Below are positions 20,173-33,000 of a DNA stretch of 64,000 nt, in pieces. The stretch is taken from contig JBHGNT010000002.1 of the NCBI GenBank assembly GCA_043228905.1, positions 18,228,001-18,292,000 of the forward strand, in the 5' to 3' direction. The translations under genes were made by a program, and so were the position numbers. The stretch is from Azolla caroliniana. Its lineage: Eukaryota > Plantae > Polypodiophyta. The notes beneath the pieces were generated by a model. That model worked only from the letters and a program-made list of their open reading frames with translations, had not been told where the DNA came from and did no database searches. How positions within the stretch are numbered: the stretch's first letter is position 1; each line of letters starts with the position of its first letter.

Positions 20173-22923
20173 CATAGATCTCATCGAGGACTTTGATTTT
20201 TTCATACGATATCATAAAGGTTCCATAAACATTGTCGTTGATGCACGTAGTCACATCCGTGAAGTTAACATGCTTAGCTTCATTGAAATAACATCATGTC
20301 CTTATAATCACCTTCAAGGAAAGTATCTTGATGACAATTATTTTGCAAAATATTGGGCAAGAATTGAGTCTGGAACAGACATCAACACACCCTTGAAGGA
20401 ATCCTTCCGCATTGCTAACAGTCTGCTCTACTGTAATGGGAAGGTTTGTGTTCTAGAATTTCTTGAGGTCAAAAAGAGAATTCTTTTTTTAATGCCATGA
20501 TGCATCCTCAATAGGGCACCTTGGAGCACATTGCACACTTGTTCTTATCTCCACTCAATTCTACTAGCCTACGATGCGTCCTAACATACATAACTATGTG
20601 ACTAAATGTCATCAATGTCAAGTTAACAAAGTTGAGCGACTTAAAGCCGTTGGACTTTGTTAGGAAATAGGTCCCTTTGGATGGGAAGTGAGAAGAACAG
20701 TACTGATGAGCAAACTCGGCCGAGGCCGAAACCGGATGACGAGTACCCGGCTACGGAGAGCCGGATGGTGTAGACCCGGTGAGAACCGGATGACGAGTAC
20801 CCGGCTACGGAGAGCCGGATGGTGCAGACCCGATGAGAACCGGATGACGAGTACCCGGTTACGGAGAGACGGATGGTGCAGACCCGGTGAGAACCAGATG
20901 AAGAGTACCCGGCTTCGGAGAGTCGGATGGTGCAGGCCCGGTGAGAACCGGATGAAGAGACATATTTGTAAATATGTTTCTGAGAGTCCATCGTGGCTAT
21001 ATTTGTAAATAGCCGAAAAGTCATATTAGTATAAATATGACTTAGGGCAAACTTATGATTATAGTTGTTGTCATTCTTGTTGGCGCAAGATTAGAGCACG
21101 CAACTGTGTACAGAGAGAGTGAGAGAGAGGAAGAGGTCGTTGCCTCTGATTGTAACCACCGCCTGTGGCAAAGATAGCAAGCTCAAGGTCGTGGCCTCGG
21201 TGCTTTCTTATTGTACATTCTAACATAGTGATAGTTTGCGGTCTGTGGGCTACCGTGGTTTTTCTCGAGTTTGGGTTTTCCACATAAACATCCTGTGTAC
21301 TCTTCTCTCTATCGTGTTGTGTTTCATTCCCTGTTTTCTGTGTTTTATTCTAGGCTCGGTCGAGGCCGAGCGTTGTTTAAACGGAGCGTGTAGTTCCTGT
21401 CAGACTTTTACATCCCTTGGACATTCCCAACAATAAATGGGAAAGTATATCCATGGTTTTTATTGTAAGCCTTCCTCTCGCACCCAAAAAGGTCATGATG
21501 ATATCGGGGTTGTGGTTGATAAACTAACTAAAATGGTCAGTTTTATTGCTACTAAAACCACGATAACATCTCCTAAATTAGCTTACCAATTGGTTGATGA
21601 ATTATTTTGTTTTTATGGGTTACCGATGGATATCGTGAGTGATCGAGATCCAAAGTTTGCAAGCAACTTTTGGACCAAGTCTTTAAGAAGTTAGAAACTA
21701 CATTGAGCATGAGCTACACAGATCTTCCTCAATCCAATGGACAGACAAAACAAGCAAATCAAATTATTGACGACATGCTTCGAGCATACGTTGGTGCAAA
21801 ACCAATAAAATGGGAACATTATTAACATCTCCAAACATACATCGACGGGATATAGTCCTTTTATGTTGATGTATGGTTTTCAGCCACGAGTCCCGATTGA
21901 TGTTAATATACATCATGATGAGTTGCGAAGTACACAAAAATTTCTAAGGGATATGCAAGATATGTTACATTTTGCATGAGATAATATAAAAATAGCTCAA
22001 GATAGAGTGCGTTTTTATGTTGACTATAATAGGCAACCTCGTGTATTCAACCCTGGACAAAAGGTATTTCTACGTGTAACTCACAATTCTAAAACATTGT
22101 CTACAAGTAAGTGTGCTATGTTAGCCCCACGGTTTTGTGGACCTTTCATAGTCCTCAAACGCATTGGTTCATCAGCTTATCGTCTCGCTCTTCCTAATGG
22201 TGTTGAAATACATCTAGTTTTTCATGTAAGTCGTCTAAAAGATCTGCTTGGTTCTAGCGACAATTCAGTTACAACTAAACTCTGGTTACTTTTGAAGATT
22301 TAGCTTCTAAACCACATGTACCATAGAGAATTCTCGATGTTAAAACAAAATATTTACTTTCTAAAATAATCCAAGAATTTAAAATTAAATGGATGGATAA
22401 GTCTATAAGAGATACTACATGGGAACGAGAAAATACTCTTAAAACAAACTTCCCTAACATTCCATTGCAAGAGGGCATGACCATATAATATTCCATGGTA
22501 AGATTGTAGCATAGTATTCTATACACATGGATAAAGTGTGAGGGTTAATCGAGAGTGTAAAGAAGGGAGGATTACTTTTAATCCTAGGGATTGAGACAAC
22601 CCATTAAGGCCATGTGTGAACTTGCTTGGGGGCCTTAGGTTTGGCTATAAATATGAGGCCTATCTACCCTCTTTTGACACATCATTCGACTACATCGACA
22701 CTCTGATCTTGCGGTGATCAACTCTTGTAGCGAATGTGCCAACACTAGGTACGAGTCGATGCCATGACAGTGGTATGGGACGCCGATTGAGGCTCCAGTC
22801 CGTCTCGATCCCTTCACTCGAAGGTGGTGGGGTGGATCGACACCCTTCTATCTCTCTCTCCTTTCTTTTATATCTATCTATTATTTCCTTATTATATGCT
22901 TACATTAGGATTACGCTCTAACA
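20173..22923 (+). mobile_element. Decayed 3' half of a chromovirus (RH end, integrase, chromodomain, 3' LTR), older relative of 30055-37072
   Basis: Colinear with the reverse complement of about 32100-30055. PPT and LTR start are deleted near 22472. LTR ends ...CTCTAACA at 22923. Confidence 0.88.
20658..21402 (+). mobile_element. Solo LTR with 54-bp tandem repeats, TSD GACTT
   Basis: TG...CA termini, GACTT at 20653-20657 and 21403-21407. Start resembles LTR 18379. Confidence 0.93.
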
Positions 22924-23522
22924 ACTAGATTAAAATACTTGTAGTCATAGAACTGTAAAAAAAAACTTCATATAATTAATAAGTCAAAAGACAAAGGTAA
23001 GAAGCATTTGCAAAGTAAAATTGTTACGAGAATAAGATAATAACTCTTTTTTCCTTGATCACATTCCAAAAGTTCTTGATGTAATGATAGAAATGGTATT
23101 TGTAACACAGAAGATGACACGTGTGTTAAGCCTTTGAGCCATCAATAAAATCCAAGTTTGTGTTTGGATAAGCATTTATTTTGACACTCTAATGTAGTGA
23201 GTTAAACTTTGATCATGGAAGGAATTATCCAAGAGTCTCCAACTAAATTAACTACTTATTTGAAAATGATGGCAACAAGATTTAATGATAATCATACAAG
23301 TAGGAAAGTTTCAAACTTAGGAATATGTACATATCTTAATAGTATATTGGTGAGAATATGCTTGGATAATACTACTTCCTTATAAGTGAAGTGAAGTTCT
23401 CCCGCCAAAAACATGTGTCACTAGCATTGCCTTTGATATCCAAGGTTGTGTATGGATAACACCGCCTTTCTATTTATTTGAAACTCTTTTTAGTGAGTAA
23501 AACGTGAATCATGCCTGGACAG

Positions 23523-25142
23523 TAGGGATCAGCAACATTTCGGTTTAGGCTTGGCCAGTTTGGCCTTATCCAAGCCAAACCAGTTCAGCTAAACCGTTTT
23601 GGTGTTCTCAAACCTGAACCAAACCAATCCATAAATCGGTTTGGGACTATCTTTCATATAAATGTATGTATCTATAATCAAAATTAAATTCATAGAATAA
23701 ATAGTGTTCAATAACAACGAAAGAAATAACAAACGGATGTACCTATATCCAAAATGTTTCTGATTCCTAACCTAAAGTTAGACAAAGCCTTGGACATTTG
23801 TGTATCTTGCTAGGTATTACCTACCATCCAATTAAAAGAGACTATAGAGGGAACACTTGTATCTTATACATCATTTATAAAGTTGCCACGTGTATAGAGA
23901 TTTGGTGCACTAAACCACACTTAGACTACAATAAGGAGGAGAATTAGCAAAATTTGAGGCTCAAGGCCAATGGAAGATTTAGTATCAAGTAGCTTCCTTT
24001 CACGAGCATATAAAGAAATACTATCCTTTTATTTTTACAATGTTTACTCATAGTGGTATAATTTTTTTTTTCAAAAAAACATATCCTTCCATTAGTTTTA
24101 AAAAGCATATGAGCTACAAATAGTGGTGTAACATTATGATAGAATACTTGCAACATGTATTGGTAATTAAGGCAAGGTATAGATTTATTATTACTAGTGA
24201 GCGACCATTTGGACACGCATATTTTACCCTTAGGTATGTTCTAGAAATGATATACCTAAAGTAAATTTGTGGTATATACATATGGATAAACAATGTCAAT
24301 CTTGCATTCCCTATTTAAACATGTTACTCACATTATACAAATATAAACTAATTAACCATACTATTAGCTATAAACCTACAATATATTTACTAGTGATGCT
24401 AGAGATATGCTCAAATTAGCTCGCCAATAAAACCATGTTCCATGTTTTGGAACTCTCATAATAACTATCTCGGTCTATTATGCACAATGTGTATGTGTGA
24501 AATTTCAAGTGGTAATTATGTAGAAACACTAAATATAGCTCAGAAACATATACGTCCATTAGATAATAAATCATTCACACATCACTAAAGTTACTACAAA
24601 TATTTTCATGCCATTTTATTTCTTGTATTCGGATGCCATTTGAAGTAGTCTAAGAAATCCATATAATATATATCCATTAGACACTACCATCTATGCAAAG
24701 CTAGCAACAAGCCTTAATACAATTACTGGATATAGGAACCTAAGAAAGGAAATTAATATAGCATCTATGATTAGTAATTACCTGAAGGCGTGTACTATGT
24801 AGGCTGCAAGCAACAAGGACTCGGGAGGTCATCGTTGTCCCCTCTCCCGCTCTCCCCCCCCTCTCTCACACACATATGTATGGAGCCTCGTGAGTCGTCA
24901 CTCTCTGAGGAGAGAGTAGACTTCTGAGTCTTCCGTGGTCACTGTAGCCTTTATTATCTAACCTAATTAAATACCATAAACAACTTTGCCGGTTTGATCC
25001 AGTTTGGCAATGCCCAAGCCAAGCCTAATCGAGCTCAAACCATTTAGGTAAGCTCAAGACTAAGTCGAGTCGAGCCGCTAAGCCGTTATAAACCGGTTTA
25101 GCCAAACTATTTAGGCTTGAGCCGAGCCATTACCAATCCCTA
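23523..25142 (-). mobile_element. Non-autonomous or decayed hAT element
   Basis: TIRs TAGGGATCAGCAA / TTACCAATCCCTA, 8-bp TSD CTGGACAG/GTGGACAG (7/8). Subterminal repeats match the ends of 37640-42189 in inverted orientation. Confidence 0.88.
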
Positions 25143-25225
25143 GTGGACAGATCAAGTAGTCTCCAATTGAATTAACTGCTTCTATAGAAAATATGATAAA
25201 TATATGTAAGAATAGCTATACAACT

Positions 25226-25298
25226 GTCCTTGCAGTATAGTGTTGAGTATTCCCATTTGTCATGTGGGTGGCTTTGGATTTAATCCTTGGCAAATGTG
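25226..25298 (+). pseudogene. tRNA-Asp(GTC) pseudogene
   Basis: Colinear along its full length with the plant cytosolic tRNA-Asp as I recall it. Anticodon GTC at 25259-25261; B box degraded. Confidence 0.75.
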
Positions 25299-25884
25299 TG
25301 AAAGTCAAGTTCTCAATCATCATCTTATCCTCTAAACATCATTGGCAATTGGTTCTTTGATCTAAATACTTGCAATCATAAAACCATATAATAGAACTTA
25401 TAGAAATTAGAAATTAAAGAACAAATGTAAGCAAGTGTGTCACTAGCCATCAAATGAAATCCAAGGGCGTGATTCGATAACCTTACCTTGTTACTAATTT
25501 TGACAATCATAATTAGTAAGTTAAACTCCGTTCATTCAAGGATTGATCCACAATTCTCCAGCAAATTAATCACTTATTTAGAAACATTAACAAAATTTAA
25601 CATCAAATGTAAGAGCATAAAACATAAAAAATGTACATGTCATTGTAGTATAGTGGTGAGTGTTGTAGCCTACAACTTGTGCTAAACAACAACTAGTTGT
25701 GAGCATGGAAATTATTTTTGTAATGTAGAAGAAAGCATGTGCACTAGCCTTCAATCCCTCAATGAAATCAAATGTTGTCTTTTGATAAGCCTACCTTCTT
25801 AGTTATTTTGACACTCTTAGCTAGTGAAGTCAACTCTAATCATGCTAATAATCATCCAAGAGTTGAGGAAAGACTGGAATAAAA

Positions 25885-28800
25885 TGTTGAGAAGCAAGCT
25901 CAACATTGGCCGGATAAGATGAAGATCTATTGGTTAGGCCCGAATCGGATCGGAGAGCCGGATCCGCGTGAGCTAGTAGGCCGTTAGAGGCCTACGCTCC
26001 TAGTTTAGTAGGTAGTTATATTTCTAGGAGTTAGTGTCACTAGCTCAGATATTAGAATTGAAGTACTTGTTAGTACTTCTATCAGTCCTTTTAAGGACTT
26101 GTATGAAAGTGCTCTCTGACACATTCGTATGTATAGAGAAAATTTTATTTTGAATCCGAGTTTCAGTCTTGTGCTCTCTCTATCTCTCCCGCGTATTGCG
26201 TTTTCTCTATTTTCTGTTGTTGTAGAGCAAACAAGAAGAAAATGGATAGAGGAATGGGTGGCGCTCTTTCGACACAGAAGTTGGACAAAAGCAACTATGC
26301 ATCTTGGGAGTACAAGATGCACTACCTGCTCGGGCATGGCTATTGGAGTTACATTCAGGGAGAAAACGAAGTAGCATCGGAATCGGCACCCTCCGGTTTG
26401 GGAACAAGGAGCAAGCAAAGTCTTGTACTGCCTTGCATCTTGTGTGCACAATCAAACGTTGGGCTATTTTCGGGATGCAAAGACGCCAAAGGAGGCTTGG
26501 GAAAATCTGAAGACGATTTTCGCCGTGAGTACCACGGCCTGGAAGTTGCGGCTTCGACAAGAGCTCAACAATATCTGATAGAGGGATATGACAATGACTG
26601 ACTACACCACCAAAACATAGGAAATCTACGACACCTTGGTGTCCATTAATGTGATAGTGGACGAGGACGAGATGGTACAAATTTGCCTTGGTGGTCTAGC
26701 TCAGAGGTACGGGCCGATCCGAATGGCCATTTGCACAAGGGACAAGCCACCATCATATTTCGACCTGCAATCAATGTTGTTGGTGGAAGAAAACCACTCG
26801 GTGCATCAAGGAGCACGCAATCTAACAGTCGGATGTTGTACACAGAGGCGGATCGGCCCCACGGTCATGGAGGACGAGGTGGATCGTGTTGGGAGATAGG
26901 TCCCTCCGGATGGGAAGGGATAAGAACAGTGCTGATAAACAAACTCGGTCGAGGCCGATAGGCCGAGGCCGAAACCGTATGAGGTGGACCCGGCTACGGA
27001 GAGCCGGATGATACAGGCCCGGTATGAACCGGATGAGGAGTACCCGGCTACGGAGAGCCGGATGATACAGACCCGGTATGAACCGGATGAGGAGTACCCG
27101 GATACGGAGAGCCGGATGGTACAGACCCGGTGAGAACTGGATTCAGAGGAGTACCTGGCTACGGAGAGCCGAATGATACAGGCCCGGTATGAACCGAATG
27201 AGGAGTACCCGGATACGGAGAGCCGGATGGTACAGACCCGGTGAGAACCGAATGAAGAGACATATTTGTAAATATGTTTCTGAGAGCCCATCGAGGCTAT
27301 ATTTGTAAATAGCCGAAAAGTCATATTAGTATAAATATGACTTAGGGCAAACTTTTAGTAGTGGTTGTCATTTTTCTTGTTGGTGCAAAAAGTAGAGACA
27401 GTACGTAACGTTGTACAGAGAGAGAGAGAGAAAGAGGTCGATGCCTCCGTTGTAACCGCCACCTGTGGCGAAGATCATGAGTCCGAGGTCGTTGCCTCCA
27501 TGAACTCACTGTTTTGTACATTCTTACATAGTGACAGGCTGCCGTGGTTTTTCCCCTAGTTTGGGGTTTTCCACGTAAACCTCGTGTGTATCTTCCTCTC
27601 CTTTTGTGTCATGTTTTATTTCCCGTTTTCTGTGTATCATTCTACGCTCGGTTGTGGCCGAGCGTCGCGCATAAGGAACGTCGGGTTCCTGTCAGATCGA
27701 CACGCAATGGTGGCAACCAACAAGAGCAGAATCAAAGGCATAATCGACATGTCGACAACAGTTCTGGACCCTCCACAAGTAGGGGGAGTCAAGGCAACGC
27801 CGGGAACCGGCAAGGGAAAATCAAGATGGAATGCTGGTATTGTGGCCGGAAGGGTCACCGAGAAAGCAAGTGCTGGAAGAAGAAGGCCAATTCAAATAAA
27901 TCCGGATTGAACAACGCCGAACACGGGAATCAACAGTGTTTGCACTACGCCGAAGGGTCAAAATGACCTAGAACCAAAAAGGGCTTGCCTTTGTGATGAA
28001 GCACAAACCTAACTCGATGAAGACAAGCACCTCGAAACTAAATGAGGTCTGGTACATCGATTTCGGAGCGTCAAATCACATGACGAGCCACAAAGAGTGG
28101 TTCTCCTATCTAGAGAAACCAAAACAACTGGGGGTAATCGAAATCAGTGACGACACCTCACATCCCATCGAGCATGTCTATGATGTCCCCCTAAGCCATG
28201 TTGGACAGAAAGGGAGATTGGTGAACGTTTTGCATGTCTCGAAAATCACGAAGAACATGGTGTCGGAATATTCTCCATCCCGAGTTCAAAAATGTGTGAA
28301 AGTTTTGTGTTGTTTTTGTAGTTTGACTTTGATTCCACTACCTCATTAATTGATTTATAATATGCCACAAAGATACCATATATCTTGAAAATTACAAGTT
28401 CTAGTTTGCAAATCTCTTGGTTAAGTAAGTTCCCAAACAAATGATCGACCAAGGGATGCAGGTCTAGTTCACACACCTCGGGATGAAGGCCAGATCATCG
28501 CACAAGGGTGCTAAGAAGGGAGTATGTTTATCAATTCGATCAAGTGGGTTGATTTGGATGAGCCGACTTACATGAAGGCCAAGCAGACAGGGAGGAAGCC
28601 GAAGCCGAAACCGAAACAAAGGTTTCGACAAGTCAGGGGGCGCCAATGCCTCAACAACGAGGGAGCTGACAAGGGCTTGACGAGCAAACAAGACGATCGA
28701 GGAGGTCGAAGCCGGCGGGACCGGACGGGTCGAGGAGGGCATACTAGGAGACAAGTTGGCAGGAGAAGCTGAGGCAAGGAACCGGCAGATCAGATGGAAC

Positions 28801-29254
28801 CTCAAGTTGAGCTTGAGGGGGAGTGTTCAAAAGCAAGCTCAACATTGGTCAGATCGGTTAACTAAGCGGAGAGCTGGATCGGATGAAGACCGATCGGCTA
28901 GGCCTGGATCGGATCAGAGAGTCGGATCCGCGTGAGTCGGTAGGCCGTTAGAGGCGTATGCTCCTAGTTTAGTAGGTAGTTATATTTCTAGGAGTTAGCG
29001 TGAGTAGCTTAGTTATGAGCATTGAAGTACTTGTCAGTACTTCTATCAGTCCTTTTAAGGACTTGTATAAAAGTATTCTTTGAGCACATTCATATATATA
29101 GAGAACATTTTATTTTGAATCCAAGTTTCAGTCTTCTGCTTTCTCTATCTCTCCCACGTATTGTGTCTTCTCTCCATTGTTTTTTCTTTGCTTTCTATTG
29201 TTGTCTAGCTGAGCCAGTTGTGTCTGTTTCAGCATCTGCACTTAAATCTTTACA
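25885..29254 (+). mobile_element. Internally deleted Copia related to 7935-13848
   Basis: TSD TAAAA. 3' LTR 28824-29254 with PPT; 5' LTR truncated and PBS lost. Gag MDRGM...KLDKSNYASW and protease WYIDFGAS remain; INT, RT and RH are absent. Confidence 0.9.
26887..27694 (+). mobile_element. Solo LTR with 54-bp tandem repeats, TSD GATCG
   Basis: GATCG at 26882-26886 and 27695-27699. Homologous to 20658-21402. Confidence 0.93.
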
Positions 29255-29292
29255 TAAAATATAAGGGCCTATAATAAACATTCACAAATCAT

Positions 29293-29350
29293 GTCATTGT
29301 AGTATAATGGTGAGCATTCTTGTGTGTCATGTAAGTGACATGAGTTCAAG
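29293..29350 (+). pseudogene. tRNA-Asp(GTC) pseudogene, 3'-truncated
   Basis: GTCATTGTAGTATAATGGTGAGCATT...TGTCATG...GTGAC...GAGTTCAA; anticodon GTC at 29326-29328. Confidence 0.7.
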
Positions 29351-30054
29351 GTGATCCATTTGTCCGTTAATGTAATCGACGATTGTTGTACCCTCTTTGT
29401 AGGTTCACAGTTCTTAGGCATCTGTTTCGAAAATACCAAGTGAATCTCTTATTTGAGAGGGTGGGAGTATCTCTTGGATCCATGTAAGAAGAATGAGCTT
29501 ATCAGATAATCATTAATGCTCTTTTCTACATTGACAGGATGCGGACTACTATTGGTACGAATTGAAGCGCAAGATCAGTTGATGGAGGAGTAGTTGATAG
29601 GATATGTTGAGTTAGGTCATTGAGAGTAGCAATTGGATCAACAAAGGTTACTTGCCTAAGTTTGATTGGTTAGTTGCTTGCTTTGTGAATTCTTGATTCT
29701 TTGAAGACAACATTCAAACTTAAAACAATTTGTCTAGTCTAGGGTACCCTCAATTGATAAACAAAGTTGCCATCATAACCATAGTTGAGAAATGCATCAC
29801 ATCTGAAAATCACAAGGGTTCACATTGGGTACCTCTTTGTTTGCATAAGAGGGTGAATTCATTAGAATTATATTTTCCCTCATTATCGGCTCACACGAAT
29901 TTCAACTTTTGATTTGTATGATTCTCAAGCATTGTGAGCCAGTCTTGAAAGAAGACATATATATTGCTTTTGGTTCTCATCACATACACCCATCCCTTCT
30001 TGATAACATTGCCAATGAACATGATGACGTAAAATGCATCACCAAGAAATTGAT

Positions 30055-33000
30055 TATTATAGATCATAATACTAATGTAAGCTTAAGATAAGGATAATGA
30101 AAAGATAGATAGAAAGGAGAAAGAGAAAGAAGGGTGCCGATCCACCCGACCACCCCCGAGCGAAGGGATCGAGACGGACTCGAGCCTCGATCGGCGTCCC
30201 ATACCACCGTCGTGGCGTCGAGTCGTACCTGGTGCTGGCGCGCTCGCTACAAGAGTTGACCCACCACACGAGCAGAGTCTCGATGTAGTCAAAAGATCAT
30301 CAAATGAGGGTAGCTAGGCCTCTTATTTATAGCGATACCCAAGGCCCCCAGGCAAGTTCACACTTGACCAAATGGGTTGTCTCAATCCCGAGGATTAAAA
30401 GTAATCCTCCCCTTCTTTACACTCTCATTTAACCCTCACACTTATCCACGTGTATAGAATACTACGGTAAATTCTTACCACGGGATATTATATGGTCATG
30501 CCCGTAACATACTCCCCCTCTTTAAAACATTGCACTCTTGCAATGGAAAGTTAGGGAAGTTAGTTCTAAGAGTATTTTCGTGTTCCCATGTGGCATCTTT
30601 TATTGATTTATCCATCCATTTTATTTTGAATTCTCGGATTTCTTTAGTACGTAATTTTTTTGTTTTAACATCGAGAATTCTTTCTGGTACATGTGGTTTA
30701 GAAGATAATTCTTCAGAAGTAACCAGAGTTTCAGTCGTAACTGTATTGTCGCCAGAACCTAGAAGTTCTTTTAGACGACTCACATGAAAGACTGGATGAA
30801 TTCCAACACCATCGGGAAGAGCGAGACGATAGGCTGATGACCCAATGCGTTTGAGGACTGTAAAAGGTCCACAAAACCGTGGGGCTAACTTAGTGCACTT
30901 ACCCGTAGACAATGTCTTAGAATTGTGAGGTACACGTAAAAATACCTTCTGTCCAGGGTTGAATACACGAGTTTGCCGATGATGATCGGCATAAAAACGC
31001 GCTCTATCTTGAGCTGTTTTTATATTATCTCGTGCAATATGCAACATATCTTGCATATCCCGAAGAAAGTTTTGCGTACTTCGCAACTCATCATGATGTA
31101 TAGTAACATCAATCGGGGTTCGTGGCTGAAAACCATACATCAACATAAAAGGACTATATCCCGTCGACGTATGCTTGGAGCTGTTATAAGCAAACTCCAA
31201 AATTGGGAGATAACGTTCCCATTTTGTTGGTTTTGCACCAACGTATGCTCGAAGCATGTCCTCAATAATTTGATTTACTCGTTCTGTCTGTCCATTGGAT
31301 TGAGGATGATCCGTGGAGCTCATGCTCAACGTAGTTTCTAACTTCTTAAAGACTTGCGTCCAGAAGTCACTAGTAAACTTTGGATCTCGATCACTCACGA
31401 TATCCATCGGTAACCCATAAAAACGAAACAATTCGTCAACGAATTGGTAAGCCAGTTCAGGAGCTGTTACCGTGGTTTTAGTAGCAATAAATCTGGCCAT
31501 TTTAGTTAGTCGATCAACGACAACCCAGATGGCATCATGACCTTTTTGGGTGCGAGGAAGGCTAACAATAAAATCCATGGATATACTTTCCCACTTATTA
31601 TTGGGAATGTCCAAGGGATGTAAAAGTCCTGCGACTTTAAGTCGCTCGGCTTTGTTAACCTGACACTGGTGACATTTAGTCACATAGCTATGTATGTCAA
31701 GACGCATCTTAGGCCAATAAAATTGAGTGGAGATGAGAACGAGTGTACGATGTATTCCAGGGTGCCCTGCTGAGGGTGCATCATGGCATTCAAAAAGAAT
31801 CCTCTTTTTGACCTCGGGTAAATCTGGGACACAAACCTTCCCATTACGGTAGAGCAAACCGTTAGCAATGTGGAAGTATTCCTTCAAGGATGTGGTGGTG
31901 TCTGTTCCAGACTCAACTCTTGCCCAGTATTCTGCGAAATAACTGTCATCAGGATACTTTCCTCGAAGGTGATCATAAAGATCTGATGATATTTTAGTGA
32001 AGCTAAGCGTGTTAACTTCACGGATGCGACTTAGTGCATCAGCGACAATGTTCATGGAATCTTTACGATATCGTATGGAAAAATCAAAGTCCTGGATGAG
32101 ATTAGCCCATCGTGCCTTACGACCTTTCAGGTCTTGTTGGTCACAAAAATATTTCAAGGACTCGTGGTCCGTAGTTACCACAAAGTGATTTCCATAAAGA
32201 TAATGGCGCCATGTTTTGAGCGCATGTATAACTGCAAATAATTCCTTTTCTTGAACGGTATACCGACATTGAGCAGAATCAAGTTTCTTACTCTCGAATG
32301 CTATTGGTTTACCATCTTGATACAAGACAGCACCTATAGCATAATCGCTTGCATCGGTTTCAACCGCAAAAGGTTTTGAAGGATCGGGTAAAAGAAGTGA
32401 AGGAGCCTTGCAAACCAGGTCCTTGAGTTCCTTAAAGGCAAGGTCTAGTGTTGCATTCCACACAATAGGTTTTGTAGACTTACGCGTTTGACCTTTTAAA
32501 AGATCAGTAAACGGCGTCGTCAATTGGGAGTAATTACGAAGAGACTTTCGCAAAAACCCCACAAAACCAAGGAATGATCGAACTTCTCGAATATTCCGAA
32601 GAGTGGGCCAAAGCTTGATTTTCTCAATGCGAGAAGGATCAATTTCAACTCCTCGTTCGGTTATGAGATGTCCTAGATAAGTAATTGATTTCTTGAAGAA
32701 CTCACATTTTGAGATCTTCGCATAAAACTGTTTGTCACGCAATGTTTGTAAAACAAAGCGGACATGTCTAGCATGTTCTTGTAATGTACGGCTATAAACT
32801 AAAATATCATCCAAGAAAATAATGACAAATTTTCCAAGTTGTTCTCGGAAAATGTCATTCATTTCTTGTTGAAAAGTAGCCGGAGCATTGGTCAAACCAA
32901 AAGGCGTAACCAAAAACTCGTAATGGCCATAGCGCGTACGAAATGCCGTTTTAGGAACATCATCCTCACTTATTCGTATTTGATGGTAGCCAGTACGGAG

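Larger units (their letters stand above)
23080..29350 (+). repeat. Degenerate ~300-bp tandem array with tRNA-Asp-derived heads, interrupted by a hAT and a Copia
   Basis: The motif GTGTGTCACTAGC...AAATCCAAG...GATAA recurs near 23120, 23415, 25437 and 25738. tRNA-Asp-like heads near 23333, 25226, 25639 and 29293. Confidence 0.65.

Noticed and set aside
20641-21024. Repeat-protein-like ORFs and a CRISPR-like look, also at 26806-27324
   Set aside because: These are 54-bp head-to-tail repeats inside solo LTRs, with no unique spacers and no cas genes.
25226-25298. Functional tRNA-Asp gene
   Set aside because: B box and stems are disrupted by many substitutions, so it is reported as a pseudogene.
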